Assembly: GCA_009659925.1 (NCBI GenBank)
Contig: PUXW01000008.1
Coordinates: 3,398 to 67,397, forward strand
Direction: 5' to 3'
Length of the DNA stretch: 64,000 nucleotides
DNA from: Nitratiruptor sp.
GTDB taxonomy: Bacteria; Campylobacterota; Campylobacteria; Campylobacterales; Nitratiruptoraceae
Positions 9,145 to 17,593 of the stretch are shown here, one piece after another (the first letter of the stretch is position 1; each line of letters starts with the position of its first letter). The notes beneath the pieces were generated by a model. It saw nothing but the letters and a program-made list of their open reading frames with translations. It was not told where the DNA came from and did no database searches. The position numbers were made by a program, and so were the translations under genes.

Positions 9145-9794
9145 AAGCGGTACCCCCGTCTGCGGACCGTCTCAATGGTCTGGATACCTAGGGGTTTGTC
9201 GAGCTTTTGGCGGATCTGGTTGATGGCAACTTCGATGACATTGGGGGTTACAAGCTCTGGCTCCTCCCAGATGGCGTCGAGGAGCTGTTCCTTGGAGACG
9301 ATTTGATCCTTATGGCGGGCCAGGTGGGTGAGGACCTCGAAGGGTTTGCCCTTGAGTTCGATCTCCCGCTCTCGGAAGATGATCTTCTCCTCTTCGGGGT
9401 TGATAATGAGGTCTTTGATCTCGATGATGGAGCTTCCTCCAAAGCGTAACCGCGCTTCGATTCGAGCCACGAGGACGTCGAAATCGAAGGGTTTGCGGAT
9501 GTAATCGTCCGCTCCAGCGCGTAGGGCCTCGATCTCGCTCTCCTTGTCGTCTCTGGCAGAAAGGACGATGATCACCGTTTTGGGGTTGTCCTGTTTGACC
9601 TGGGTAACCAGCTCCAGACCGCTTCCATCCGGAAGCATCCAATCCACGAGGATGAGGTCGTAGTTACGGATGTCTAGGTAGTATTGGGCATCTTTGAGAC
9701 TTTCGCTAATGTCGCTCTGGTAGCCAAACTCCTTGAGCCCATCTGCCAGTGTCCGGTTGAGGGTCACTTCGTCTTCGACGATGAGGATACGCAT
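9123..9794 (-). CDS. OmpR-family response regulator
   Basis: Receiver domain ('MRILIVEDE', 'LILVDWMLPDGSG') plus a winged-helix C-terminus ('TVRRRGYRF'). It overlaps the kinase gene by 22 nt. Confidence 0.9.
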   Translation of the reverse strand: MRILIVEDEVTLNRTLADGLKEFGYQSDISESLKDAQYYLDIRNYDLILVDWMLPDGSGLELVTQVKQDNPKTVIIVLSARDDKESEIEALRAGADDYIRKPFDFDVLVARIEARLRFGGSSIIEIKDLIINPEEEKIIFREREIELKGKPFEVLTHLARHKDQIVSKEQLLDAIWEEPELVTPNVIEVAINQIRQKLDKPLGIQTIETVRRRGYRFCYPRKA

Positions 9795-9828
9795 GTTGGC
9801 CCCTTAGCTTTTTTTAAGGATTGGCGAA

Positions 9829-9837
9829 ATTATAGCA
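9829..9837 (-). promoter_or_regulatory. candidate extended -10 (TGCTATAAT) for the RR-HK operon
   Basis: The minus strand reads 'gtTGCTATAATttcgcc', 35 nt upstream of the RR ATG. An AT-rich phased element lies just upstream. Confidence 0.4.
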
Positions 9838-9848
9838 CAACTATATCG

Positions 9849-9876
9849 CAATTTAAACGAAATTTCAACTAAATTT
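9849..9876 (-). repeat. three (c/a)AATTT direct repeats phased at exactly 11 bp
   Basis: Plus-strand copies start at 9849, 9860 and 9871. They sit where a -35 would be relative to the 9829-9837 box. Confidence 0.5.
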
Positions 9877-9886
9877 AATCTAACTT

Positions 9887-10216
9887 TTATCTAAAACTAC
9901 GCTGAAGTCGTAATTTTGGGGTGCAATCTGGAAGGATGTGGGGCTTGGAGATGGTCACACTTGCCCGCTCGATGATAGGGAACTCTCGAGCGAGCAGATC
10001 CATCAGGGACAAGAGAGCCTCTTCCAACAAGAGGAAGCGCCCTTCGACGAGGTGCTCCTTGATCCGTTGGGCCACCTGGGCATAGTCGAGGTAGTGCCCC
10101 TCTTGATAGGTATATTCGAGTTGGGCGTCGATGACGATTTCTTGAGGCTCCTGGCGTTCATGGGGGAGCAAGCCGATAATTGCTGGGAAGCGGAGCCCCT
10201 CGATCTCGACGATCAT
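9887..10216 (-). CDS. folB: dihydroneopterin aldolase
   Basis: 'IEGLRFPAIIGLLPHER' FolB-type N-terminus; 109 aa; 4-nt overlap with plsY. Confidence 0.75.
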   Translation of the reverse strand: MIVEIEGLRFPAIIGLLPHERQEPQEIVIDAQLEYTYQEGHYLDYAQVAQRIKEHLVEGRFLLLEEALLSLMDLLAREFPIIERASVTISKPHILPDCTPKLRLQRSFR

Positions 10217-10857
10217 CCAAGAACCCGCCGCTCTTCCCCTACGATGAGGCGGTAGATGTTGGGGAGGTGTTTGTAGAAGATGATGAAGGCTAGTAGGAGC
10301 AGGGGGGCGTGGGAACCGACCTCAGGGAGTTGGGGGTGGAGGATGAAACTGGCGATGACCACCGTCGCAAGGCCGGAGAGGGAGGCGAGACTGGAGATGC
10401 GGGTGAGCTTGCCAACGATGGCCCAGACGATGATGCCAAGGATGGTCTCGAAGGGGAGCAGCACCAGCAGGACCCCCATGCCGGTGGCCACTCCCTTGCC
10501 CCCCTCAAACTTCAAAAAGGGGCTATAGCAGTGGCCAAGGACCACCAAGATCCCCACCAGCCACTGGACCGAGAGGGGATAGCCCAGGGCCTTGGCCACA
10601 AGGACCATTGCCGCCCCCTTCAGAGAGTCGAAGAGGATGGTGGCCGCCGCGAGGTAGCGGGCCAGCCGCTGGTCGTGTTGGCCCACTACCCGGAGAACGT
10701 TCGTAGCCCCGATACTCCGGGAACCGCTCCGTTTGATGTCGACTCCGGCAAAGAGCTTGGCCAGAATGTAGCCGAAGGGAATGCCACCGACGAGGTAGGC
10801 GCTCAGATACAAGAGAATGGTTGGGTGGGTCAAAAACTCCATGTGGACCGTCCTCAC
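10213..10857 (-). CDS. plsY: glycerol-3-phosphate acyltransferase PlsY
   Basis: 'YLVGGIPFGYILAK' and 'GSRSIGATNVLR' motifs; polytopic. The start could instead be the ATG at 10842 (MEFLTH). Confidence 0.85.
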   Translation of the reverse strand: MRTVHMEFLTHPTILLYLSAYLVGGIPFGYILAKLFAGVDIKRSGSRSIGATNVLRVVGQHDQRLARYLAAATILFDSLKGAAMVLVAKALGYPLSVQWLVGILVVLGHCYSPFLKFEGGKGVATGMGVLLVLLPFETILGIIVWAIVGKLTRISSLASLSGLATVVIASFILHPQLPEVGSHAPLLLLAFIIFYKHLPNIYRLIVGEERRVLG

Positions 10858-10922
10858 TTGAAAAATTTTTAATCTATTTTAGCTAAAATTACATAACATC
10901 AGCCTCAAGGGAAAGGATTAGC

Positions 10923-11930
10923 GTGCGGGATCTTCAAAGCCTCCAAGCCGAGATCGCCCAACTCAAGGAGGAGCTGAGCGTCACCATCGTCGCCCACTAC
11001 TATCAAAAGGATGAGGTCTTCGAGATCGCCGATATCACTGGGGATAGCCTCGAACTGGCCAAGCGGGCCAAGGAGAGCGAGAGCGAGTGGATCCTCTTTT
11101 GCGGGGTCGGCTTCATGGGTCAAAGCGTCAAGATCCTCGCCCCCCACAAACGGGTGGCCATGCCAAAGATCGCCTGCTGCGCCATGGCGAGGATGATCGA
11201 TAGCACCTACTTCGATGCTTCGGTCCAGTACATGGTCGACCATGGGATCGACAAGGAGGAGATCCTCCCCATCACCTACATCAACTCGGGCGCCGAGGTC
11301 AAGGCCAAGGTGGGGCAGATGGGAGGTTCGGTGTGTACCAGCTCCAGTGCGGTCAAGATCATCGAGAAGGCCCTGCAAAGCGGCAAGAAGATCTTGTTTG
11401 TTCCAGACAAGTGTCTGGGGCAAAATGTTGCCCGGATGATGGGGCTCAAATCGTGTGTCATCGGGGAAGGAGAGTGCGACCCCAAAGAGGCCGACATTAT
11501 CTGTTACAACGGCTTTTGTAGCGTCCACCAGCTCTTCGAGCTCAAAGATGTAGAGTTCTTCCGTAAACGCTATCCCGGTATCAAGATCGCCGTCCATCCC
11601 GAGTGCAAACCGGAGGTCTGTGAGGCCGCCGATTTCGTGGGATCCACGAGCCAGATCATCCGCTATGTCCAAAGCCTCGACCCCGAGCAGAAGGTTGCCG
11701 TCGGGACCGAGTACAACCTGGTCCACCGCCTCCGCCCCAAGAATACCTATGTCCTCTCCGCCACGAAGCCAGAGTGTCCGACAATGAACGAGACGAGTCT
11801 GGAGGATGTGGCCAACACCCTCAAGGCCATTAAGGAGGGAGCCCCCCTCAACGAGATCTTCGTCGACGATGAGACGATCAAGTGGGCTAGGGTCGCCTTG
11901 GAGCGCATGTTCGAATATCTGGAGGGATGA
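10923..11930 (+). CDS. nadA: quinolinate synthase
   Basis: 'IVAHYYQ', 'CCAMARM' and 'VHPEC' NadA motifs; GTG start. Confidence 0.9.
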   Translation: MRDLQSLQAEIAQLKEELSVTIVAHYYQKDEVFEIADITGDSLELAKRAKESESEWILFCGVGFMGQSVKILAPHKRVAMPKIACCAMARMIDSTYFDASVQYMVDHGIDKEEILPITYINSGAEVKAKVGQMGGSVCTSSSAVKIIEKALQSGKKILFVPDKCLGQNVARMMGLKSCVIGEGECDPKEADIICYNGFCSVHQLFELKDVEFFRKRYPGIKIAVHPECKPEVCEAADFVGSTSQIIRYVQSLDPEQKVAVGTEYNLVHRLRPKNTYVLSATKPECPTMNETSLEDVANTLKAIKEGAPLNEIFVDDETIKWARVALERMFEYLEG

Positions 11931-12757
11931 TGGAACTAGAAACGCTCCAATTTGCCCGGAAGGTCCTTCAGGAGGATCTGGGACGGGGGGATCTCTTTGA
12001 GCGGGTTGCTCCCGCTCGGCCTGGAGCCGCCAAAATTAGGGCCAAGTCGGCAGGAATCTTCGCCGGTGCTCCCTATGCTCAGGCCATCGCCAAGCTCTTG
12101 GATTTGGAGCTCCTCTGGCAGATTCGCGATGGAGAGCCCTTTGAAGCCGGAGAGACCCTGGCTAGACTCTATGGATCGAGTATCGCCCTCCTCCAGGGGG
12201 AACGGGCTATCCTCAACACGATTCTTCATGCCTCCTCCATTGCCACCAAGGCCCACCAGTTCGTCCAGGCCAGTCAAGGGAAGATTATGGTTCTCGATAC
12301 CCGCAAGAGCCGCCCCCTCTTGCGGGTCTTCGAGAAGTATGCGGCCCGGGTGGGTGGGGTAACCAACCACCGGATGGGACTGGACGATTGCCTCATGCTC
12401 AAAGATACCCATCTAGCCCTCATCGACGAAGATCTAGCCACCTTCATCTCCAAAGCCCGCCGCAAAATTCCCTTCACCGCCAAGATCGAGGTGGAGTGCG
12501 AGAGCTTCGAGCTGGCCCAAAGGGCGATGGCGGCTGGGGCCGACATCATCATGTGCGACAATATGGAGCTCCAAGAGATTGAGCGGGTCGTCCAACTGCG
12601 CAATGAGGCCTATCCCCACATCCTCATCGAAGCCAGCGGGAACATCACCACCGATACCATTCGCTCCTATGTGGCCATTGGAGTGGATGCCGTGAGCAGC
12701 GGGAGCATCTTCCATCAGGCTACATGGCCGGATATCTCCATGAGGATCGAATCGTGA
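11927..12757 (+). CDS. nadC: nicotinate-nucleotide diphosphorylase (carboxylating)
   Basis: 'ERAILNTILHASSIATK', 'DTRKSRP' and 'IMCDNM' motifs; ATGA overlap with nadA. Confidence 0.9.
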   Translation: MMELETLQFARKVLQEDLGRGDLFERVAPARPGAAKIRAKSAGIFAGAPYAQAIAKLLDLELLWQIRDGEPFEAGETLARLYGSSIALLQGERAILNTILHASSIATKAHQFVQASQGKIMVLDTRKSRPLLRVFEKYAARVGGVTNHRMGLDDCLMLKDTHLALIDEDLATFISKARRKIPFTAKIEVECESFELAQRAMAAGADIIMCDNMELQEIERVVQLRNEAYPHILIEASGNITTDTIRSYVAIGVDAVSSGSIFHQATWPDISMRIES

Positions 12758-13710
12758 GTTATCAGCGCTGTTGGCAAGCCATCCAAGAGGCTGGGACCAT
12801 CCTCCTAGCTTCCCACATCAACCCAGATCCGGATACCATCGGGAGTGCCCTGGGGCTCTACCACCTCCTGCGCGCTCAAGGGAAACGGACCTTCCTCCAT
12901 GTTCCCTCCCCCCTGCCCTACAACCTCGACTTCCTCCCTGGTATCGAGAAATTCCGCCCTACTCCTCCCGACCATTACGATCTCATTGTCGCTCTGGATG
13001 CGGCGAGTTGGGATCGGTTGGGGCTTGGCAGCCATCCAGAGGCCCCCCTCATCGTCATCGACCACCACCGCTCCAACCAGGGCTATGGCCAGATCAACCT
13101 GATCGAACCCGATTTCGCCGCCACGGCCCAGGTGGTCTATCAACTCCTGCGTGTCAACGACCTTCCCATACCTGCCCCTACAGCTATTTGCCTTTATACG
13201 GGACTGGTGGACGATTGTGGTTTCTTCCGCTTCGAGAGCGTCGATGAGAGGGTTTTCGAGATGGCCGCTTACCTTTGTCGCCATGGGGCCAATCCCCACT
13301 TCATCGCCCGCAACCTCACGATGCGCGAACCCCTGGCCAAGATCCGTCTTACCCAGCGCCTCCTAGAGACCTTGGAGCTGCACCACCATGCTACCATTGC
13401 CACCCTCACCCTCACTCAGGAGATTTTAAAGGCTACCGGGGCCACCAAGGAGATGGCCGATAGTGTTCTGGATATGGCCCGCTCCCTGGCGACGGTCCAG
13501 GTGGCCATCCTCTTCAAAGAGGAGGAGGATCGCCGCTACAAGGTCTCCCTTCGCTCCAAGGGAGAGGTGGATGTGGCCCGAATCGCTGCCCACTTTGGAG
13601 GCGGGGGGCACCGCAGTGCCGCCGGATTTACCGATGGGAGCGATCTCTCTTGGCTCAAAGGGGAGTTGCTAGCCTACATTCAAAAGGAGATAGCCATTGA
13701 AACGGAGTAG
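12754..13710 (+). CDS. DHH/DHHA1 phosphoesterase (NrnA-like)
   Basis: 'HINPDPDTIGS', 'VIDHH' and C-terminal 'GGGGHRSAAG' motifs. The GTG at 12754 has a GAGGA SD 7 nt upstream and a GTGA overlap with the nadC stop. The track's ATG at 12724 lacks an SD. Confidence 0.75.
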   Translation: MSYQRCWQAIQEAGTILLASHINPDPDTIGSALGLYHLLRAQGKRTFLHVPSPLPYNLDFLPGIEKFRPTPPDHYDLIVALDAASWDRLGLGSHPEAPLIVIDHHRSNQGYGQINLIEPDFAATAQVVYQLLRVNDLPIPAPTAICLYTGLVDDCGFFRFESVDERVFEMAAYLCRHGANPHFIARNLTMREPLAKIRLTQRLLETLELHHHATIATLTLTQEILKATGATKEMADSVLDMARSLATVQVAILFKEEEDRRYKVSLRSKGEVDVARIAAHFGGGGHRSAAGFTDGSDLSWLKGELLAYIQKEIAIETE

Positions 13711-15049
13711 AAAAGGTCTCTACCTCACCCTTGCCCTCCTAGGGTTGGTGGCTGGGCTTGGCTATTATGTGGCCACCTCCCAAACCTTCGAGCGCACCCC
13801 CCCCACCATCCGGGTAGCCAAGGAGATCTACTGGAACCTCAAGGAGCCCATTGCCATCACCATCGAAGACGATACCGCCCTGGACTCCTATCAAGTCGCC
13901 ATTTCCAACGGCAAGGAGCAAAAGGTTCTGGAGGGGGGCAAACTCCAGAAGCCGACGAAAGAGCTGACCTTGCGTATCGATCCTCCGGCCATGGAATTTC
14001 CCCAGCGCCGGGCTTGGCTCTTGATCCAGGCGAGGGATAAGAGTCTATGGAACTACTTCCTCGGTAACGAGCGCCAGGTCCAGGTTCCCATTATCATCGA
14101 TACGAAAAAGCCCGATCTCTTCGTCGTTACCAACTCCTACTCCATCACCAAAGGGGGTTCGGCCCTCGTCATCTTCCATTGCAAGGATGACCATCTCCAT
14201 CGCTTCTTCGTTCAGACCAATTTTGCCACCTTCCAAGCCGCCCCCTTCTACAAAGATGGCTACTATATCGCCCTCATCGCCTGGCCCATCACCCAAGAGC
14301 GTTTCAAGGCCGACCTCATCGCCATCGATCGCGCTGGCAACAGGGCCAAGGCCCACATCCCCTTCTATTTACGCAACCGCCGATACAAGACAAGCAAGAT
14401 CGAGCTGACCGATGCCTTCCTCAATGGAAAAGTGGCTGAGTTGGCCGAAAACTATCCCAAGACCCGGAACATGGACCCTATCGAGCGCTTCAAGTTTGTC
14501 AATGAGACCTTGCGCAAGATCAACGAGGAACAGATCCACACCATCGGCAAACGGGTTCCCCAAGAGCGGGTGGACCACTTCTCCATCCGCCCCTTCTATC
14601 CCCTCAGGAATGGGGCGAAGGTCGCCGATTTCGGGGATCACCGCTTCTACTACTACAAGGGGAAACTGGTGAGCGAAGCCTACCATATGGGGCTCGATCT
14701 AGCCAGTACCAAGATGGCCAAGATCAAGGCGACCAATGGAGGGGAGGTGGTCTTTGCCGACGATAATGGAATCTATGGCAACATGCCTATGATCTCCCAC
14801 GGCCTGGGACTTTATACCCTCTACGCCCACTGCTCCACTCTCTTCGTCCACGAGGGGGATCGGGTCGAGGATGGAGCCACCATCGCCAAGACGGGGAGCA
14901 CCGGTCTTGCCCTTGGAGACCACCTCCACTTTGGAGTCGTCGTCCAGGGAATCGAGGTTCGTCCCGAGGAGTGGATGGATGGTCGCTGGATCCGGCTCAA
15001 CATCACCAACGTGATCGAAGATGCAAAAAAGCTTATAGACAGCAAGTAG
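13697..15049 (+). CDS. M23 (LytM-domain) metallopeptidase
   Basis: N-terminal TM, and a C-terminal 'HMGLDLAS...GNMPMISHGLGLYTLYAHCS...GDHLHFGV' M23 core. TTG start with an AAGGAG SD. Confidence 0.85.
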   Translation: MKRSRKGLYLTLALLGLVAGLGYYVATSQTFERTPPTIRVAKEIYWNLKEPIAITIEDDTALDSYQVAISNGKEQKVLEGGKLQKPTKELTLRIDPPAMEFPQRRAWLLIQARDKSLWNYFLGNERQVQVPIIIDTKKPDLFVVTNSYSITKGGSALVIFHCKDDHLHRFFVQTNFATFQAAPFYKDGYYIALIAWPITQERFKADLIAIDRAGNRAKAHIPFYLRNRRYKTSKIELTDAFLNGKVAELAENYPKTRNMDPIERFKFVNETLRKINEEQIHTIGKRVPQERVDHFSIRPFYPLRNGAKVADFGDHRFYYYKGKLVSEAYHMGLDLASTKMAKIKATNGGEVVFADDNGIYGNMPMISHGLGLYTLYAHCSTLFVHEGDRVEDGATIAKTGSTGLALGDHLHFGVVVQGIEVRPEEWMDGRWIRLNITNVIEDAKKLIDSK

Positions 15050-15055
15050 TTTTTG

Positions 15056-15064
15056 TGGTACAAT
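15056..15064 (+). promoter_or_regulatory. candidate extended -10 (TGGTACAAT) for lpxC
   Basis: It lies 20 nt upstream of the ATG at 15084 and overlaps the track's alternative start at 15063, which argues against that start. Confidence 0.35.
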
Positions 15065-15083
15065 GGGGCCAAAGGAAAGCACC

Positions 15084-15980
15084 ATGCAAGCGCGAACGAT
15101 AGCTCGAAGTGTGGAATTTGTAGGGATCGGTCTTCACAGCGGCCTCCCTGTACGGGTTCGACTAGAGCCGGGGGCCGATGGGAGTGGGATCCGCTTCTAT
15201 AGGAAAGATAGAAACTGCTATATCGATTTGCATCCTCACTCCGTCGTCGATACGACGATGGCCACCGTCCTTGGTAATGGCGAGGTTCGGGTATCGACCA
15301 TCGAACACCTCATGAGCGCTATCTACAGCTATGGGATCGATGATCTGCTCATCATCCTAGATGGGGAAGAGATCCCCATCATGGATGGAAGTGCTGCCCC
15401 CTTCTGCATGCTCTTAGAAGAGGCTGGAATCCGGGAGCAGCGGCGTCCCAAACGCCTCTTGAAGGTGACCAAGGAGGTCCGGGTCCAAGAGGGGGATAAA
15501 TTTGTCCAACTGCGCCCAAGCGATGAGATGATCTTCGAGGCTACCATCGACTTCGACCATCCAGCCATTGGGAGGGAGCACTACCGATTCAATTTCACCA
15601 AATCGGCCTTTTTGAAGGAGATCGCCAAAGCCAGAACCTTCGGCTTTTTAAAAGAGGTCCAGTACCTGCGCAGCCTCGGTCTAGCCCGGGGTGGCTCCCT
15701 GGAAAATGCCATCGTCCTCGACGATTACGGGATCCTCAATCCCGAAGGGCTCCGGTATCCAGACGAGTTTGTCCGCCACAAGATCCTCGACGCCATTGGG
15801 GATCTCTCCCTCTTGGGGATGCCGATTATGGGAGAGTACCGCTCCTTTGCCGGAGGGCACAAGCTCAACCACCAACTCACCCTCGCCCTCATAGAGGAAG
15901 GGGCGTGGGAGGTGATCGAATTGACCCGGGAAAGTGGTCAGGAGCAGCGGGCCATTGCCTATGCCTTCACGACAGGTTGA
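15084..15980 (+). CDS. lpxC: UDP-3-O-acyl-N-acetylglucosamine deacetylase
   Basis: 'VEFVGIGLHSG', 'TIEHLMSA' and 'FVRHKILDAIGDL' motifs. Start set at MQARTI, with an AAAGGAAAG SD. Confidence 0.9.
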   Translation: MQARTIARSVEFVGIGLHSGLPVRVRLEPGADGSGIRFYRKDRNCYIDLHPHSVVDTTMATVLGNGEVRVSTIEHLMSAIYSYGIDDLLIILDGEEIPIMDGSAAPFCMLLEEAGIREQRRPKRLLKVTKEVRVQEGDKFVQLRPSDEMIFEATIDFDHPAIGREHYRFNFTKSAFLKEIAKARTFGFLKEVQYLRSLGLARGGSLENAIVLDDYGILNPEGLRYPDEFVRHKILDAIGDLSLLGMPIMGEYRSFAGGHKLNHQLTLALIEEGAWEVIELTRESGQEQRAIAYAFTTG

Positions 15981-16422
15981 TCTCCTCCTCATTCCGATGG
16001 CCTCCCCCATCCTCCTTGGCGTCTACGAGGATGGCCTCCTGGTAGAATCGATTAAACGGGAGGGAAAGATCAGCGACCTTTTGCCCCAACTCTTTCAAGA
16101 GCTTTTGGAGCGCTTCGCCATCAGGCGGATCTATTATGCCAGGGGACCTGGGAGCTTCATGGCCATCAAATTGACCTATCTCTTCCTGCGTACCCTCGAA
16201 ATTACCCGGGGAATCGAGCTTTTTGGCTGCGATGGCTTCCTTTTCAATGGCAATCGCCCGATCCGGGCCACGGGTCAGCTCTATTTTCTCAAGGAGCAAG
16301 GGCGCATCGTAACCCGGCGGCTCGAAAGGGTACCTGAAGCCACCTTCTCCCTGCCCCAGCGGCTCCACCAGCTCCCATGCACGAAGGAGACCCAACCCTT
16401 GTATGTTATCCCAGCGGTATAA
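15961..16422 (+). CDS. short TsaB-like protein (t6A biosynthesis partner)
   Basis: '[15 protein letters not shown]' resembles the TsaB GPGSFTG(L/I)R segment; ~150 aa. The start is uncertain (15934 or 15961). Confidence 0.5.
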   Translation: MPSRQVDLLLIPMASPILLGVYEDGLLVESIKREGKISDLLPQLFQELLERFAIRRIYYARGPGSFMAIKLTYLFLRTLEITRGIELFGCDGFLFNGNRPIRATGQLYFLKEQGRIVTRRLERVPEATFSLPQRLHQLPCTKETQPLYVIPAV

Positions 16423-16432
16423 AAGGAGACCA

Positions 16433-17314
16433 TTGTACATCAGCGTACCAGCTACCAGTGCCAATTTGGGACCAGGGTTTGACACACTGGGCGTGGCCCT
16501 CGATTTGCGCAATGAAGTGGAGATTCGCCGGAGCCGCTTCTTTAGCGTCTCCATCCGGGGAGAAGGGGCCAACAATGTCCGACTCAAGGGGAACAACCTC
16601 TTCATCTCCATCTTCAACGAACACTACCGCAAATTGACTGGGCGCCAGGAGAAGTTCCGCTTCACCTTCTACAACAAGATCCCCCTCTCCCGGGGCCTCG
16701 GGAGTAGTTCGGCGGTGATCGTGAGTGCCATCGCCGCCGCCTACGGGGCTGCTGGGGTCTCTATTCCGAAGGAGAAACTCCTCAACCTCGCCCTCACCTA
16801 CGAACCCCATCCCGACAATATCACTCCAGCCATCATGGGTGGTTTCAATGTGGCCCTCGTGGAACGGGGGATAGTCTATAGCCTCAAGAAGGAGATGCCC
16901 AAGGAGGTTCAAGCGATCGTTGCCATTCCGGATCGTCCCATCTCCACCGCCTCTTCCAGGAAGCGGCTTCCCAAACGCTACACGACCCAGGATGTGGTCT
17001 TCAACCTCTCCCATAGCTCCTTGCTCACAGCCGCAATCTTTGCCGAGCGCTGGGAGATGCTCCGGATCGCCGCCAAGGACAGACTCCACCAGAGTCTGCG
17101 GATGGAGGCGATGCCCGAGCTTTTTACCCTCCAGCGGATCGCCTTGGACAACGGAGCTCTCATGAGTACCCTCAGTGGGAGTGGCTCCACCTTTTTCAAC
17201 ATGGTCTATGCCAAGGATGCTCCACGCTTGGAGGGGGTCCTCAAGGAGCGTTTCCCCAATTTTAAAATCTACACCCTCAATTTTGACAACGAGGGGCTCA
17301 TCCTGCGGGACTAG
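16433..17314 (+). CDS. thrB: homoserine kinase
   Basis: '[13 protein letters not shown]' and 'SRGLGSSSA' motifs. The TTG at 16433 is preceded by AAGGAG with a 4-nt spacer and gives the canonical N-terminus (M)YISVPATS. The track's ATG at 16403 is the alternative. Confidence 0.88.
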   Translation: MYISVPATSANLGPGFDTLGVALDLRNEVEIRRSRFFSVSIRGEGANNVRLKGNNLFISIFNEHYRKLTGRQEKFRFTFYNKIPLSRGLGSSSAVIVSAIAAAYGAAGVSIPKEKLLNLALTYEPHPDNITPAIMGGFNVALVERGIVYSLKKEMPKEVQAIVAIPDRPISTASSRKRLPKRYTTQDVVFNLSHSSLLTAAIFAERWEMLRIAAKDRLHQSLRMEAMPELFTLQRIALDNGALMSTLSGSGSTFFNMVYAKDAPRLEGVLKERFPNFKIYTLNFDNEGLILRD

Positions 17315-17336
17315 TTTGGGAAGGATTCCAATTTTT

Positions 17337-17345
17337 TGATATAAT
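17337..17345 (+). promoter_or_regulatory. candidate extended -10 (TGATATAAT) for the ylxR-infB operon
   Basis: A perfect TGnTATAAT that ends 8 nt before the ATG at 17354. Confidence 0.4.
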
Positions 17346-17353
17346 TAGCCCCA

Positions 17354-17593
17354 ATGTCAAAGCCGGTGAGAATGTGCATCCATTGTCGTCAGAGGATCTA
17401 TCAAGAGAGGCTCCACCGCTTCCACTGTCGCAATAGACGGATTCTCCTTTTCACAGGATCGGGGCGGAGCTTTTACATCTGTGATGCCTGTCTCAAGGAA
17501 GACCGACTTTCCAAAAGCCTCGCTCGTTTGTGTAAAATCGACCCGACCTCGGCTTTGAAAATGGTAAAGGAGTTACTCAAGTATGGACGATAA
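17354..17593 (+). CDS. YlxR/DUF448-family RNA-binding protein
   Basis: 'RMCIHCRQR' N-terminal motif, ~79 aa, directly upstream of and overlapping infB. The start may instead be Met7 (17372). Confidence 0.7.
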   Translation: MSKPVRMCIHCRQRIYQERLHRFHCRNRRILLFTGSGRSFYICDACLKEDRLSKSLARLCKIDPTSALKMVKELLKYGR

